Positions 32,201 through 49,758 of a DNA stretch of 64,000 nucleotides are shown here, one piece after another. How positions within the stretch are numbered: position 1 is the first letter of the stretch; the number at the start of each line of letters is the position of its first letter. Source of the stretch: the human T2T-CHM13v2.0 reference genome, Homo sapiens; NCBI RefSeq assembly GCF_009914755.1, contig NC_060939.1, one strand, 5' to 3'. The notes under the pieces are model-generated. The model saw only the letters and a program-made list of their open reading frames with translations. It was not told where the DNA came from and did no database searches. The position numbers and the translations under genes were made by a program.

Positions 32201-35200
32201 GATTTCTCCGATGTCCGGTGTTATCTCCATGTCTGCCCCTTTCTTCCTGGGGAAGATCATCGATGCCATCTATACCAACCCCACTGTGGACTACAGCGAC
32301 AACCTGACCCGCCTCTGCCTTGGCCTCAGTGGCGTGTTTCTGTGTGGTGCTGCCGCCAATGCCATTCGTGTCTACCTCATGCAAACTTCACGTCAGCGCG
32401 TTGTGAAGAGGCTGAGAACTTCGTTATTCTCCTCCATTCTGGGGCAGGAGGTTGCTTTCTCTGACAAGGCTGGCACAGGGGAATTGATTAACCGCCTCTC
32501 ATCGGACACTGCACTCCTGGGGCGCTCAGTGACTGAAAACCTCTCAGATGGGCTCAGGGCCGGGGCCCGGGCTTCTGTAGGCATCAGGACGATGTTTTGT
32601 GTCTCACCTAATCGGGCCACCTTTGTTGTGAGTGTGGTGCCTCTAGTGTCAATCATTGATGTAATTTATGGACGATATCTACGGAAACTGACCAAAGTCA
32701 CCCAGGATTCGCTGGCACAAGCCACTCAGGAGGAACGTATTGGAAATGTTAAGAACTGTTCGAGCTTTTGGGAAAGAAATGACTGAAATAGAAAAATAGG
32801 CCAGCAAAGTGGACCATGTGATGTAGTCAGCAAGGAAAGCGGCATTCGCTCAGGCTGGCTTCTTTGGAGAACTAGGCTGTCCGGAAACCTGATTGTGCTT
32901 TCTGTCCTGTACAAAGGGGGGCTGCTGATGGGCAGTGCCCACATGACCATGGGTGAACTCTCTTCCTTCCTATGTATGCTTTCGGGGTTGGAATAAGCAT
33001 TGGAGGTCTGAGCTCTTTCTACTCGGAGCTGATGAAAGGACTGGGTGCCGGGGGGCGCCTCTGGGAGCTCCTGGAGAGAGAGCCCAATCTGCCTTTTAAG
33101 GAGGGGGAAGGGTTATCTTAAATGAGAAAAGCTTCCAGGGTGCTTTGGAGTTTAAGAACGTGCATTTTGCCGATCCCGCTTGCCCAGAGGCGCCCATATT
33201 TCAGGATTTCAGCCTTTCCATTCCGTCAGGATCTGTCACGGCACTGGTTGGCCCAGGTGGTTCTGGCAAATCAACAGTGCTTTCGCTCCTGCTGAGGTTG
33301 TTCGACCCTGCTTCTGGAACTATCAGTCTTGATGGCCATGACATCCGTCAGCTAAACCCAGTGTGGCTGAGATCCAAGATTGGGACAGTGAGACAGGAAA
33401 CCCATTTTGTTTTCTTGCTCTATCACTGAGAACATTGCTTATGGTGCTGATGGCCTTCCTCTGTGACCGCTGAGCAAGTCCAGAGAGTGGCTGAAGTGGC
33501 CAATGCAGTGGTCTTGATCCGGAATTTCCCCCAAGGGTTCAACACTGTGGTTGGAGAAAAGGGTGTTCTCCTCTCAGGTGGGCAGAAACAGCGGATTGCA
33601 ATTGCCCGTGCTCTGCTGAAGAATCCCAAAATTCTTCTCCTAGATGAAGCAACCAGTGCGCTGGATGCTGAAAATGAGTACCTTGTTCAAGAAGCTCTAG
33701 ATCCACTGATGGATGGAAGAACAGCGTTAGTTATTGCCCATCATCTCTCCACCATTAAGAATGCTAATATGGTTGCTGTTCTTGACCAAGGAAAAATTAC
33801 TGAATATGGAAAACACGAAGAGCTGCTTTCAAAACCAAATGGGATATACAGAAAACTAATGAACAAGCAAAGTTTTATTTCAGCCTAAGGAAACAATTAC
33901 TGGTAAACAACATGAGAGACTTTAATGCAAAACAGTATTGTAGAGAAAAAAAACCTCAGAGACTGCATGAAATATGTAAACCATATATCAAGTTATTTGA
34001 AAAATAGCTATTTTTTCCAAAGCGTGTAAAATATTGCTTTGAAATGTACCTGTTCTCAAGATCTTTTTATTCAGAGTTTTAACCATTGTAACTTTTTAAA
34101 TGTCTATAGCACTGAAGTTATTTTCAGGTTTTGTATTTTCTTTCATTGTGGAATATTTTAATTAATATAGCATGGCACCTCATTTTCTTTTGCCTGCTGT
34201 TAAAGATGGAAGCTGTTGTCAAATGACAACTTTAAAAAGGGAAGTATAAATAAAAAGCCTGATTATTTTAGGCCAGTTTGCCAATCACTGTGTAATTCCT
34301 CTGGTAGTATTCTACCTACTTTAAGTCTAATTTTACTAGATAGAGTAATGGAAAATGAAAATTTAACCCTTTATTCCGATAATCTCATGAAGCAAACCTA
34401 ACTATTTAACATCAGCTGGAAAGAAGGGAACATTTATATTGCCCGTCTCCTGTGTCTTCAAAGGTGTGAGAGTTGAGGAATATGTGTTCCTACGGGAACT
34501 ATGTTTGAATATGTGCAGTTTTCAACATTTTGGCAAATGAAAGCCTGACAAGTTTTTAAAAGGGCAGAAGCTTTATTTTTTGAACAGAAAAATCTATTTT
34601 TTAAATTCACATGTTTGTATGAGTACTTCTGGGAAGCAAGGGATGAACTGCTAGGTATTATTAAGAATGAATGATTTTTGCATTTAAGTTGTTTGAAGGC
34701 ATGTATTTTGAAAAATATCTGTTACAAATTTATAATTTCAAGACATACTAAATCTTATAATACTTTTGGAATTTCATTAATAAGGCTAAAATCTGAGGAA
34801 TGTAACTAATTTTCAGCCTTAAGACACTTAAGTTTGGAAGTCCTTGCTATTCAACAGAATAACAAGAAACCTTCAGAATGTATCACTCTCCCAAAAAGAA
34901 GATATTAATAAGCCCTTTTCTTTTATTCATGGTTATAGTTTTTTTATAGTCTCAAAATTCCTAAAGCAATGCTGACAGCCATTGAATTTGCCATATTTTG
35001 TATTCAGTGCTGTTAATGTGCTGTTGCCTCAAGAAAAAGTGCTTTTTCTCCATTGATGAGGCTAGACCCTAAGAGGTAATTAAGTCAATGTAAATCAAAT
35101 GGAAGTTTTGCCATGAACTAAGCATTTATTAGTTCCCTGATTAGACTGGAAGAAGAAACCGCTATTTCATGACAAGCATGGAATATTATATTTTCTTCTT

Positions 35201-35500
35201 CATAATTAATGAATAAAATTGATATGAGCGAATGAATGTAGTATTTTTTGAATTAGTAAACAGTACATCTGTGACAATCATTTTAACAAGCTCTACTTGT
35301 GTTCTTTATAAAGTGTGATTTTCAGAAAGCAAACAAAACACAATTAAAAGGTTGAATCTGAGGAAAATAATGCTTGTACCATAGAAGTATTTACAAAATT
35401 GCATTTCATTGTTATGTTTTATTTTCTGATACCTGATGTTCAATTATATCTGTAGGTAATATTTTATATCATAGATTAAAATTTATAGTGACCTTAAAAA
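31715..35500 (+). pseudogene. ABCB10P: ABCB10 processed pseudogene (5'-truncated, intronless, frameshifted; includes 3'UTR)
   Basis: Fragments [18 protein letters not shown]...[10 protein letters not shown], Walker [36 protein letters not shown], and C-terminus [12 protein letters not shown] (33888). Multiple frameshifts and stops. ATTAAA at 35475, short poly(A), TSD aagatgtatc (31705-31714 / 35501-35510) at a TTTT/AA L1-EN site. Confidence 0.95.
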
Positions 35501-36744
35501 AAGATGTATCATCAGGTTATTTATTTGAGGTTTTTCACTTTTTTGATCTTGGAAATTATAGGTATAAATTTCCCTCTTACTACTGCTGTTTGCTGTATCC
35601 CATAGGTTTTGGTATGTTGTGTTGCCGTTTTTATCTGCTTCAATAAATTTTTCAATTTCTTCTGAATTTCTTTGTTGAAATTGTAAGGATCATTAGAGGC
35701 TACTATGAGCAACCATAGGCCAGAAATTAGAAAACCTAGACTATATGGATACATATAGATACAGAAAAATTCACATTATGAATTTGTTCTTAAATAAGCT
35801 TTGGTAATTTGTCTCTTTAAAGAACTTTAAGCTGCCAAATTCTTGAGTATGGAATTGTTCATAATAGTTATTATCATTTAAATATAGAGGTTCTGTAATG
35901 ATATTTCTTCTTTTATCAGTCCTTTTTTCTTAGTCTTACTAGTATGTAACAACTTTACTGATTTTTTCAAAGGAACTTTTCACTTTGTGAATTTATTTAC
36001 TTTCAATTTCATTTATTTCTTTCATTACCTGTTATTTTATTTTTTCAAATTACGTTTTATTTGTTTATTTTTTCATTGACTTTTAAACCTATGTATTTTT
36101 CTAATAGAAGAATTTCAAATAATAAATTACCCTCTCAATTTAACTCTACACCACAAATATGAAGCTTTTATTATCATAATTTTGTTTTATTTTATTTTTT
36201 TAATTGGCACATAATAATTGTGCATATTTATGGGTACATAGTGATGTTTCAATACTCATAGTGTATATATTTAATTACCCTGATGAGGTGATGGTAATTA
36301 GCATATCCATCATTGCAAACATTTATCATTTCTTTGTTTTGGGAACATTCAATATCCTTTCCTAACTATTTGAAGCTATATATTATTGTTAACTATTGTC
36401 ATACCATAATGGTATAGAGCATTAGAACTTATTCCTCCTATCTAGCTTTAATTTTGAATCTTTTAACAAATCTCTCCCTATCCCTCCCTCCCTCTTATAC
36501 TTTCCAGCCTCTAGCATCCTCTGTTTTAACTTCTATAAGATCAAAATATTTTAGCTTCCACATATGAGTGAGAAGCTGTAATGTTTAACTTTCTCTTCTT
36601 GGCTCATTTCACTCACATAATACACTCCATTTCTATGCACGTTGCTTTTATGGCCGAATAGTACTTCATTGTGTATCTATTCCTTTTCCCCTCCTGTCCC
36701 CTCCCTTCCCCTCCTCTCCCCTCCCCTCTCCTTCCTTTCCCTTC

Positions 36745-37050
<306 letters not shown>

Positions 37051-37611
37051 TAGGTTGATTCCATATCTTGCCTATTGTGAATAGTGCTGCAATAAACATC
37101 TAGGTGCAGATGTTTATTTAATATACTGTTTTCCTTATTTCATATTTTTTCTAAATTATCTTTTGATTTCTTTTATGAACTATGAGTTAAATAGTGTTTC
37201 ATGTTATTTACAACTATTTGGGGGTTTCCTAGGAATCTCTTATGTCATCGATTTCAAATTAAATTTTATTGTGATCAGAGAATATATTCTATAAAATCTA
37301 AAGCTTAAATTCATTTAAACTTACTCTTTGATTCAGCATTTGGCCTATGTTGGTGGTGCTTTCAATACACAAGAAAACAACGTATATTCAGCATTTGAAA
37401 TGTAGTTTTTATAAATGTCAATAAGATCAAGGTGATTTATAATGAAGTTGAAATGTTCTATAGCCATACGAATGGTTTGTCTTACTGTTCAATCAGTGAT
37501 GAACAGAGGGATGTTAAAATCTTTAATTATTATTGTCATTTATCCATTTCTCCCTTCAATTCTGCTTTTTCCTTCATGAATTATGAGGCTTTATTATTAA
37601 GTTGGTGTCCC

Positions 37612-37768
37612 TTTCATAATTATGAAATGGGGGCATTTCATAATTATGGACATATATGTCATATTAGGACAATAATATAATAACCAATTCATCGGAGGAC
37701 AATAATATTGCTTATATTATTGTCCTCCGATGAATTGGTTATTTCATAATTATGAAATGCCCCCATTT
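37612..37768. repeat. Nested inverted repeats: perfect 30-bp stem with 5-nt loop, plus an outer 24-bp inverted pair
   Basis: 37679-37708 is the reverse complement of 37714-37743. 37625-37648 is the reverse complement of 37745-37768. The palindrome tttcataattatgaaa occurs at 37612 and 37742. Confidence 0.92.
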
Positions 37769-39084
37769 TCTCTTATAATGCACCCTCTTTTCCAGTCTAC
37801 ATTGCATTTTGCTAATATAGCCACACAAGCTTCCTAATGCTTGCTGTGTATATGGTTTATCTTTTCTTGTAGGTTTACTTTTCATCTATCTGTGTCTTTA
37901 TGTTTAATATATGTTTCTGGTAGACAACATTAGTTGGGTCTCATTCTTTTGTCTAATATGACAGTCTCTACCTTGTAATTGAATAATTTAGTTCATAAAT
38001 ATGTTAAATGAAATGTGTTGCCACTTTTAAAAACTGTACAATCTCTTGTTTCTCTTCTCGTATTTTTGTTTAATTGTATTTTAAGTATTCATTTTAAATT
38101 GCATAGATGAGTTAGTTGCAACGCTTTTTTGTATTGAGTTATTTGTATTACAATAATCATCAATTTATACTTAACTAATCTAAATTTTACTTCGAGGTAA
38201 TTTTTGACAACTTCATATATAATGTAAAAAACTGATGACATCTGTTCTATTTTTACATTCTCTCCAGTGATTGATAGTGTTGCCTACTTTGTCAAATCAA
38301 AACAAGGCAACATTTTCCTAAAAAGTGATCTGTGCTCCACCTATCCTATTCATATGCACAGAAGACTTTCAGGGCAGAAAACTATTCTGCATGATACTAT
38401 ACTGGTATATGAATTTGCCTAAACTCATAGAATGTATGACAGCAAGCGTGGACCCTAATATAACTATGGACCTTGGTGATAAGGATGTGCCAGTGCAGGT
38501 TCATCAGCGGTAAGTAATGTGCCACTCCAGAGGAGAATGACAGCAAGGGGTCAGGCTGTGCCTGTGTGGACACAATGATGTATGAGAAATCTTTGTATCT
38601 TTCTTTCAATTTTGCTGTGAACTTACAACTGCCCTAAAAACAAAGTCTATTAAAAAAACCCAAAACAACAACAACAAAAACTGATGACGGTAACATTTCC
38701 TTTATTCCCCCTCTGTCTTTTGTGATTTTTTTTAGTATAAGTTTTTCTATCCACATCATAAACCCCACAATAAAATGATATCTTTTTAAATTTAAATAGT
38801 CAGTTTCCCTTCAACAAAATCGACAGATTAAAAAAAAGTATTTCCTGTTACTCATATACTTACCATTTCTATGCTTTTCATTTCCTCTAATCTGGAGTTT
38901 AGATTCGATGTTATTTCCCTTCAGGCCAAAAAACTTCTGCTAGCATGTTTTGTAGTACAGATTTGCTGGTGACAAATTGGCCCATTTAATTTTTCCGAAA
39001 ATGTCTTAATTTTACCTTCAACTTTGAAAGATACTTTAATAATATATAGAAACGAACCTGATGCTCTGTCATCTCCAAATACTT

Positions 39085-39320
39085 TAGTAGACTGATTCTC
39101 AACCAGGGGGAGTTTTGCCCTCCAGGAAACATCTGATAATATCTCAAGATATTTTTAGTTGTTAGCCTGGGGAAAGGTGTGAGGAGGATGCTACTGTCAT
39201 TTAGTTATTAAAGGCAAACCAAGTCGCTAAACATCCTGCAATTCACAGGAAATGCCCCCAACAAAGAATTATGTGGCCCAAATGTCAGAAGCGATAGTGC
39301 CAAAGTTGAAAAACCTTGCT
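39085..39320. mobile_element. MER20-like hAT DNA transposon fossil
   Basis: ttctcaaccaggggg..ttttgccc...aaagaattatgtggcccaaatgtca...gttgaaaaacc. Confidence 0.7.
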
Positions 39321-39524
39321 TTCATATATATTTTCTACAAACACAATTGTGTCTATATATGTATATACATATATATAATTCTATATATTACAAATCTATT
39401 ACAGTAATATATGTGCCCCCCCAAATGCAATACGTGCACAGTACAACGAACAAAACCAGAAAATTAATATTAATATATTGCTACATCTAATTATCAAGTC
39501 CGCATTAAAATTTCACCAATAGTC

Positions 39525-42375
<2,851 letters not shown>

Positions 42376-42862
42376 AAGAAGGTTCTCTTAAAAGGAATCA
42401 CTTCTTGTTTTCTTACAAGTTATAACCTCACTACCCTAGAGTCACATTTTTTAATAACTTATGAATTTTCTGAAACTTCAAATACCCTATGGCCCCATGG
42501 TAAAACATCAGATGACATTTGCCTCTCATTTAAACCATTTTTCTTTTCCTCTTTCTTCATTTTTCTTATACTCTCTCATTTCTTTTTCTCTCTTCCTATT
42601 TCTCTTTTTCTCTCTGCTTCTTCCTACCTCCCCTCGTGACTTTGTCTCCTCATCCCGTCACCGTGCTACTTAGATGCCACATCAATTTGACTAGCCTCAA
42701 ATTTACAATGAATACTTTTTAAATTCATGCTTCTGAAACTTTTAAAGGATGAAGAGGTATAAATGTCTCAAATAATAATTTGCTTGATGGCTGAAATGAA
42801 TGGCATTTCTCAAAAAGGCCAAGGGACTGAATACAGCAATTTAAACAATCACTTTCCGTTAG

Positions 42863-43267
42863 TGATATGGTTTGGATGGTTTGTCCCCTCCAAATCTCAT
42901 GTTGAAATGCGACCTCCAGTGTTGGAGGTGGGCCTAGTAATAGGTGTTTGTTTCCCAAGGGTGGATCCCCATGAATGGTTTTGTGCTGTCCTCCTGGTAA
43001 TGAGTGAGTTCTTGCTCTATGAATTCACGAGAGATCTTGTTGTTTAAAAGAGCCTGGCATCTCCCTTGCTCCCTCTCTCCCCATGTAATATGCCAGCTCC
43101 CCCTTTGCCTTAAGCCATGATTGTCAGCTTCCCGGGCCTCAGCAGAAGCTGAGCAGATACTGGTGGCCTGTTTGTACAGCCTGCAAACCATCAGCCAAAT
43201 ACTCCTCTTTTCTTTATAAATTACCCAGTCTCAGGTATTCCTTTATAGCATTGAGATGGACTAACAT
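42863..43267 (+). mobile_element. MST-family MaLR solo LTR
   Basis: tgatatggtttggat..gtcccctccaaatctcatgttgaaat...aaattacccagtctcaggtattcctttatagca..ggactaaca. Confidence 0.8.
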
Positions 43268-44179
43268 AGTCAGTTTTGACAACATGAACCTTTCATATTA
43301 AAATTTAATTTCTAAATTCACTCATTTACTGTGATTGGTTTATAGCTTTTCTGTAATAATGAATTTTACGTGTGACTTTCAATGTGCTTTAAAACTTGAT
43401 TCACTTTTTAGCTCTATTTTTGGAAACTACCAGCTTCCACTGTTGAGGCAAAAGTGTCATCATTGAGGCTCTCCTGCTGAGGTAGCTGTTGTCTGATTTC
43501 CCTTCAGTTCTACTGCTGTCCCAGTGGAAAAAGGGAATCTTCACCACTTACATGACATGTTTGCCTGAACTCTAATCTTCCACACTTGCTGTAGAAAAGA
43601 GTAAAGTGGCAGTTCAGGGCAGTTTACCAATTTAGAAACGGTGTCCGCTCAGTATTTTCCTCTGTGTCACTTACTAAAACATATAAAAGAAACCATGGAC
43701 ATTAAAAGAAAGAGAGAGGTTTAATGTGATATTTTAATTCTAACAAGGATTTATGGGCACATGAATGCTCAAAATCACATACCCCCTTAGTGTTTTTCAT
43801 CTCACACATATCACATCAGACACATATCACACATATCAGGCACATATCACACAGAACTTACCATAATTAAATTATCAGTTTTTGAAAAATATTATCATTT
43901 GCTCTCTTTTTTTCTATATAAATAAATTTTTTTAAAATATGATTTTCAGTTCTGGGATACATGCACGGAACATGCAGGTTTGTTATATAGGTATACATGT
44001 GCCATATAGGTGGTTTCTTATTTGTGTTTTCATCTTATGGCTTTGGCTAGAACTAGATAATAAAAGTATGCATCAATTTAAGAGTTATTTTTAATCATGG
44101 TAAGGACATATCTATAACTACTTTGTTAAATTTCATCAGTCATGCATGTTAAATATCATTAAATAAATATCAAAAATGG

Positions 44180-44522
44180 GCTGCTGTACCAGAATACCAT
44201 AGACTTGGTGGCTTATAAACAACAGAAAGGAATTTCTCACAGTTCTGGGGTCTGGGAAATCTAAGACCAAGGTACTAGCCAATCTGGTGTCTGGGAAAAA
44301 CTTTTGTTCTAGTTCAAAGAAGGCTGCCCTTTCTCTATAACCTCAGTTGGGGAAGGAGCAAGGGAGTTCAGGGGGCTGCTTTAGAAGGGTGCTAAACCCA
44401 TTAATGAGGGCTGCTCTCTCATGACTTAATTAGTTCCCAAAAGCCCCACCTTCAAAAACCCTCACATTGGCGGTTAGCATTTCAACATATGAATTTGAGA
44501 GGGATGTAAACATTTAGTCTGT
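44180..44522 (-). mobile_element. MLT1/MST-type MaLR LTR (antisense)
   Basis: aataccatagacttggtggcttataaacaacagaaa..tttctcacagttctgg...atttcaacatatgaattt. Confidence 0.7.
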
Positions 44523-46729
44523 AGCAGTAAATGTACAATATAAGGTAAATAGCTTTATTGTTGTGTTGCATTATATTAATATATATTTTCTAGTATTAAA
44601 TCTTTGTATGCCAAATCACTGGGGTGGGTGATTTCTTAGTAAGTGTAGAATTCAGTTCCTTTTTCTTTCAGTTAAGAATATTTTAACTATGTTTATAAGG
44701 GATACTGTTTAGTAATTTTATTCTTTTTGTATTCACTTCATCAAGAGTTAGTAATAGTTATATTTGCTTTGTAAAATGAACTGAAAGGAAGCCACTTTTT
44801 ATAACTTTATCCATATTTCCTAGTCTGGGGTCCATTTTACAAGATGTTTTAAACAGATGCTTATTAAAAACACTGGTTATAGGGACTTTAATAAAAATTT
44901 TTAAAATAATGTTTTACATTTCTTGCAAAAATTGATGCCTGCAACCTATTTACTATTTTTAAAATTAAATTAAGATTCATTTAAGCAGTACATGTTTATT
45001 TTAGTGAAACACGTATTTAATTTTCTAAGATAGTATTTTTTGTCTTTAAAACAATTTCTGCATGTTTTGTTTTTTTTTTCACTTTAAATTTTATGTTTTC
45101 TCAGTTTTTGTTTTATCACATTTGCTGTATTTTTCTGTATCATGGGTTATTTGTTAAAGAATGAACTTGTGTATGTTTATAAATTGTTACTGTTTTTGTT
45201 TATAATTTATTGCCTTCTAACTTAATATGTAATTAGCATTCCTTTTAATTTTGCTTGTATGCTTTGCTGTACCATTTTGAAATTCTTGAGTTAAATGCTT
45301 AACTATTTTTTATCAAGTTTAAATATTAAATTAAATATGTCCCATCAGTTTAGTCATTTTAATATTCTCACTCATCAGACATTTTTTGGGAACACCATAT
45401 GCCTTTTCATGCAGTCAGTTTCAAGAAAATGAAAATTACTTTTTATATGTTTATACTCAAAGCTTGGCTAGAGATAAGTCTCCCCTTCCTTAAGTTGGGG
45501 AGAAAGTGACTTCTTCCAGGCTATAGTCAAAAGAGATACAATTATAGTAATTTTTTGTGTTTGTTTGGGTTGTTTCTGTTTGTTTGTTTGTTTGTTTGAG
45601 ACGGAGGTTGGATCTTGTTGCCCAGGCTGGAGTGTAGTGGCATAATCTCAGCTCACTGCAACCTCCGCCTCCTGGGTTCAAGCAATTCTAAACATATTTT
45701 AGCACAAAACTGTTTAAGATTTCAATTTATATCTTTTTATTATCTTCCATATACTCTTTTGATACATTACCCATTATGTTGATTATTAACGTACACTCAA
45801 GTCAAGATCTTTTATTATGTGAGGTCATCAGTCAATGATAACAGATATTGATGAATTAGTCTCCTCATCAGAAATTGAGCAACATTTTCATTCAAGACGA
45901 CACATGGGCCTTTAAAGCATATTCAATAATACTGAGTCTCAGTCTTCTCCTGCTATTTTCTGAATGTGCATTTAGACCTTTATACATCTATCTATCTACT
46001 GACCCATTTATTAAATTTTCAGCATTTACTTTGTACTCCAAGGACCAGAACCATGTTTGTCTTGTTCACTGCTGTACTCCTATTGCAAGGACCTAGAACA
46101 TAGTAGGAGCTCATTAAACTCTGAGGATTCAAAATAAGTGAATAGAGGTTGTAGCAGGAAGAAGTCTAAGATAGCCCCTATGACCTTCATTTCCTCATGT
46201 TACCCTGTTGATACCTCACACGGCAAAGGAGTCTTGTACATGTCACTAAGGCTAATAATCCGTCAGCCTTAAGACGGGGGGAGTACCTGGGTAAACCTAA
46301 CCTAATCACACCAAAACCTAACAATCAGGGAGTTTTCTACAACTGAGAGTAGAATGGGAAGTCAGAGAGTTTCAGAGTCCAAGAAGCATTTATAGCACCC
46401 TTATTGACTTTGAAGATGCTTTGCTTCTTCTTTTGAGTTCAGTTTGAGATTATCTTTCTAATAATTGATTAGATTTTATTCTTGTAAAAAAAGAGATAAT
46501 TTAAAGGAATCTATTTTTAAATACTCTGAGGAGGGTGATACTAGGGGTGCTGGTTGTCCTGTTTTAACTTTGTCTTAATTTCTAATGTAATTAAATTTTG
46601 AGTAGGTAATGTGACCTGTGTGGTTTTTATTTTAAAAAATATATTGAGGTTTTATATAATCTATTTTTAAAATATTCAATGGAAACTTGAAAACATACTG
46701 TTTCACATATTCTCGTATATATATATTAA

Positions 46730-48069
<1,340 letters not shown>

Positions 48070-48633
48070 TGCACAGGGTAAACTTCTTATATGGCTGCTG
48101 GCTTTCCGCAGATCAAACACTCCAAGGGAACCAGGTGGAAAATGCCTGGTCTCTTTTTATCTCACCTTAAAGGTCAGGTAGAATTATTTGTCATACTCTA
48201 TTGATTGTAGCAGTCACAAGCACGTCCAGATTTAGGGAAGGGAGACATAGACCTATTTTTTGATGAGAAGAATATCAACCTGTTTTTGGACTATGTTTAA
48301 AACTGCCACACATGACAATTACACACCAGGTAGAAGGCATTTGGCGACAGACTTCTTGAAGGAAATGAGGAGGAATCGTGCTCTGCTGAAAAAAGAGCAT
48401 TCCAAAGAGAGACCACAGCTTGGGCAAAAGCCCTGAGTCGGAATCATGTGGACTTATTCTTAGAACAGCATCGAGGAAGCCATTATAGCTGGAGTAGAAT
48501 GAGAAGGGGGAAGAGTATTAGTAGATGGTGGCAGAGAAATAAACATGAGAAGACGGATGATGGAACGAGCACCTTGTACGTCATTTTAAGGACTTTGGCT
48601 GTTCCTCAAACTGACATGGGACCATTGAAAGAT

Positions 48634-49425
48634 TTTTTTATTTTTTATTTTTTAAATTTAACTTTTAAGTTCAGTGGTACACGTGCAGGTTTGTTATGTA
48701 GGTAAACTTGTGTCATGGGGGTTTGTTGTACGGATTATTCTGTTACCCACATGGTAAACCTGCTACCCACTAGTTGTTTTTCCTGATCCTCTCCCTCCTC
48801 CCAGCTTTCACCCTCCTTTTCAAAATAAGACATACATGCAGCCAACAAACATAGAAAAAAAGCTCAGCATCACTGATCATTAAAGAAACGCACATCAGAA
48901 GTACAATGAGATACTATCTCACACCATTCAGAATGGTTATTATTAAAAAGCCAAAAAATAACATGCTGGCAATATTGTGGAGAAAAGGCAACATTTCTAC
49001 ACTGTTGGTGGGAGTGTAAATTAGTTCAGCCATTGTGGAAGACAGTGTGGTGATTCCTCAAAGACCTAAAAGAACTACCATTCGACCCGGCAATCCTATT
49101 ACTGGGTATACACCCAAAGGAATATAAATTGTTCTGTCATAAAGACACATGCATGCATATGTTTATTGCAGCGCTATTCACAGTAGCAAAGGCATGGAAT
49201 CAACATAAATGCCCATCAATGGTAGACTGGATAAAGAAAATGTGGTATATATACACCATGGCATATTATGCCACCATAAAAGATGAGATCACGCCCTTTG
49301 TAGGAACATGGATGGAGCTGGAAGCCATTATCCTTAGCCAACTAATGCAGGAACAGAAAACCAAATGTTCCCACTTAGAAGCGAGAGTCAAAGGGGAGAA
49401 TACATGAACACGTAGAGGGGAACAA
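48634..49425 (-). mobile_element. 5'-truncated L1PA with 5' inversion (twin priming), inserted in an L2 fragment
   Basis: Poly-T plus antisense 3'UTR (~48634-48815), then sense ORF2-end/3'UTR (~48816-49425). TSD cattgaaagat at 48623-48633 / 49426-49436. Confidence 0.8.
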
Positions 49426-49664
49426 CATTGAAAGATATAAGCAAAGAAGTGATATCATCTGAATTGCATTTCTGAGATTTCTCTGGCACTTGTGTAAAAA
49501 ATAGCTGAAAGGACTCAACGGCAGAAGCTGGGAGACCAGTTAGGGAGCTTTTGCAATAACCATAAGAGGAAATATGTGTGGCTTAGACTAGGAATCGTCA
49601 GGTTGGGAGTGCTCATATTCAAATGTGGTCAGAATCCGGACATTTTGAGTGAGCCTACAGAAAG

Positions 49665-49758
49665 CTTTAATACTATCTCAAACTAAAGGATATAGAAGGT
49701 TTTCCCTTTCTCTTGCCCTGAAACCTTCTGTATCCTTTATTTTGAGATAGTATTAGAA
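49665..49758 (+). ncRNA. MIR4509: miR-4509 precursor hairpin; mature ACUAAAGGAUAUAGAAGGUUUU at 49682-49703
   Basis: Long stem: taatactatctcaaa-c-taaaggatatagaaggttt pairs with aaaccttctgtatccttta-t-tttgagatagtatta. The sequence matches recalled miR-4509, known from the 15q11-q13 duplicons. Confidence 0.88.

Noticed and set aside
31598-32464. Overlapping 137-288 aa ORFs on both strands
   Set aside because: Stop-poor GC-rich shadow frames of the ABCB10 retrocopy, several with starts borrowed from the flanking L1.
32211-33888. ABCB10-like ORFs (191, 94 and 141 aa) as a functional transporter
   Set aside because: Intronless, 5'-truncated, broken by frameshifts and stops, and flanked by a TSD: a processed pseudogene.
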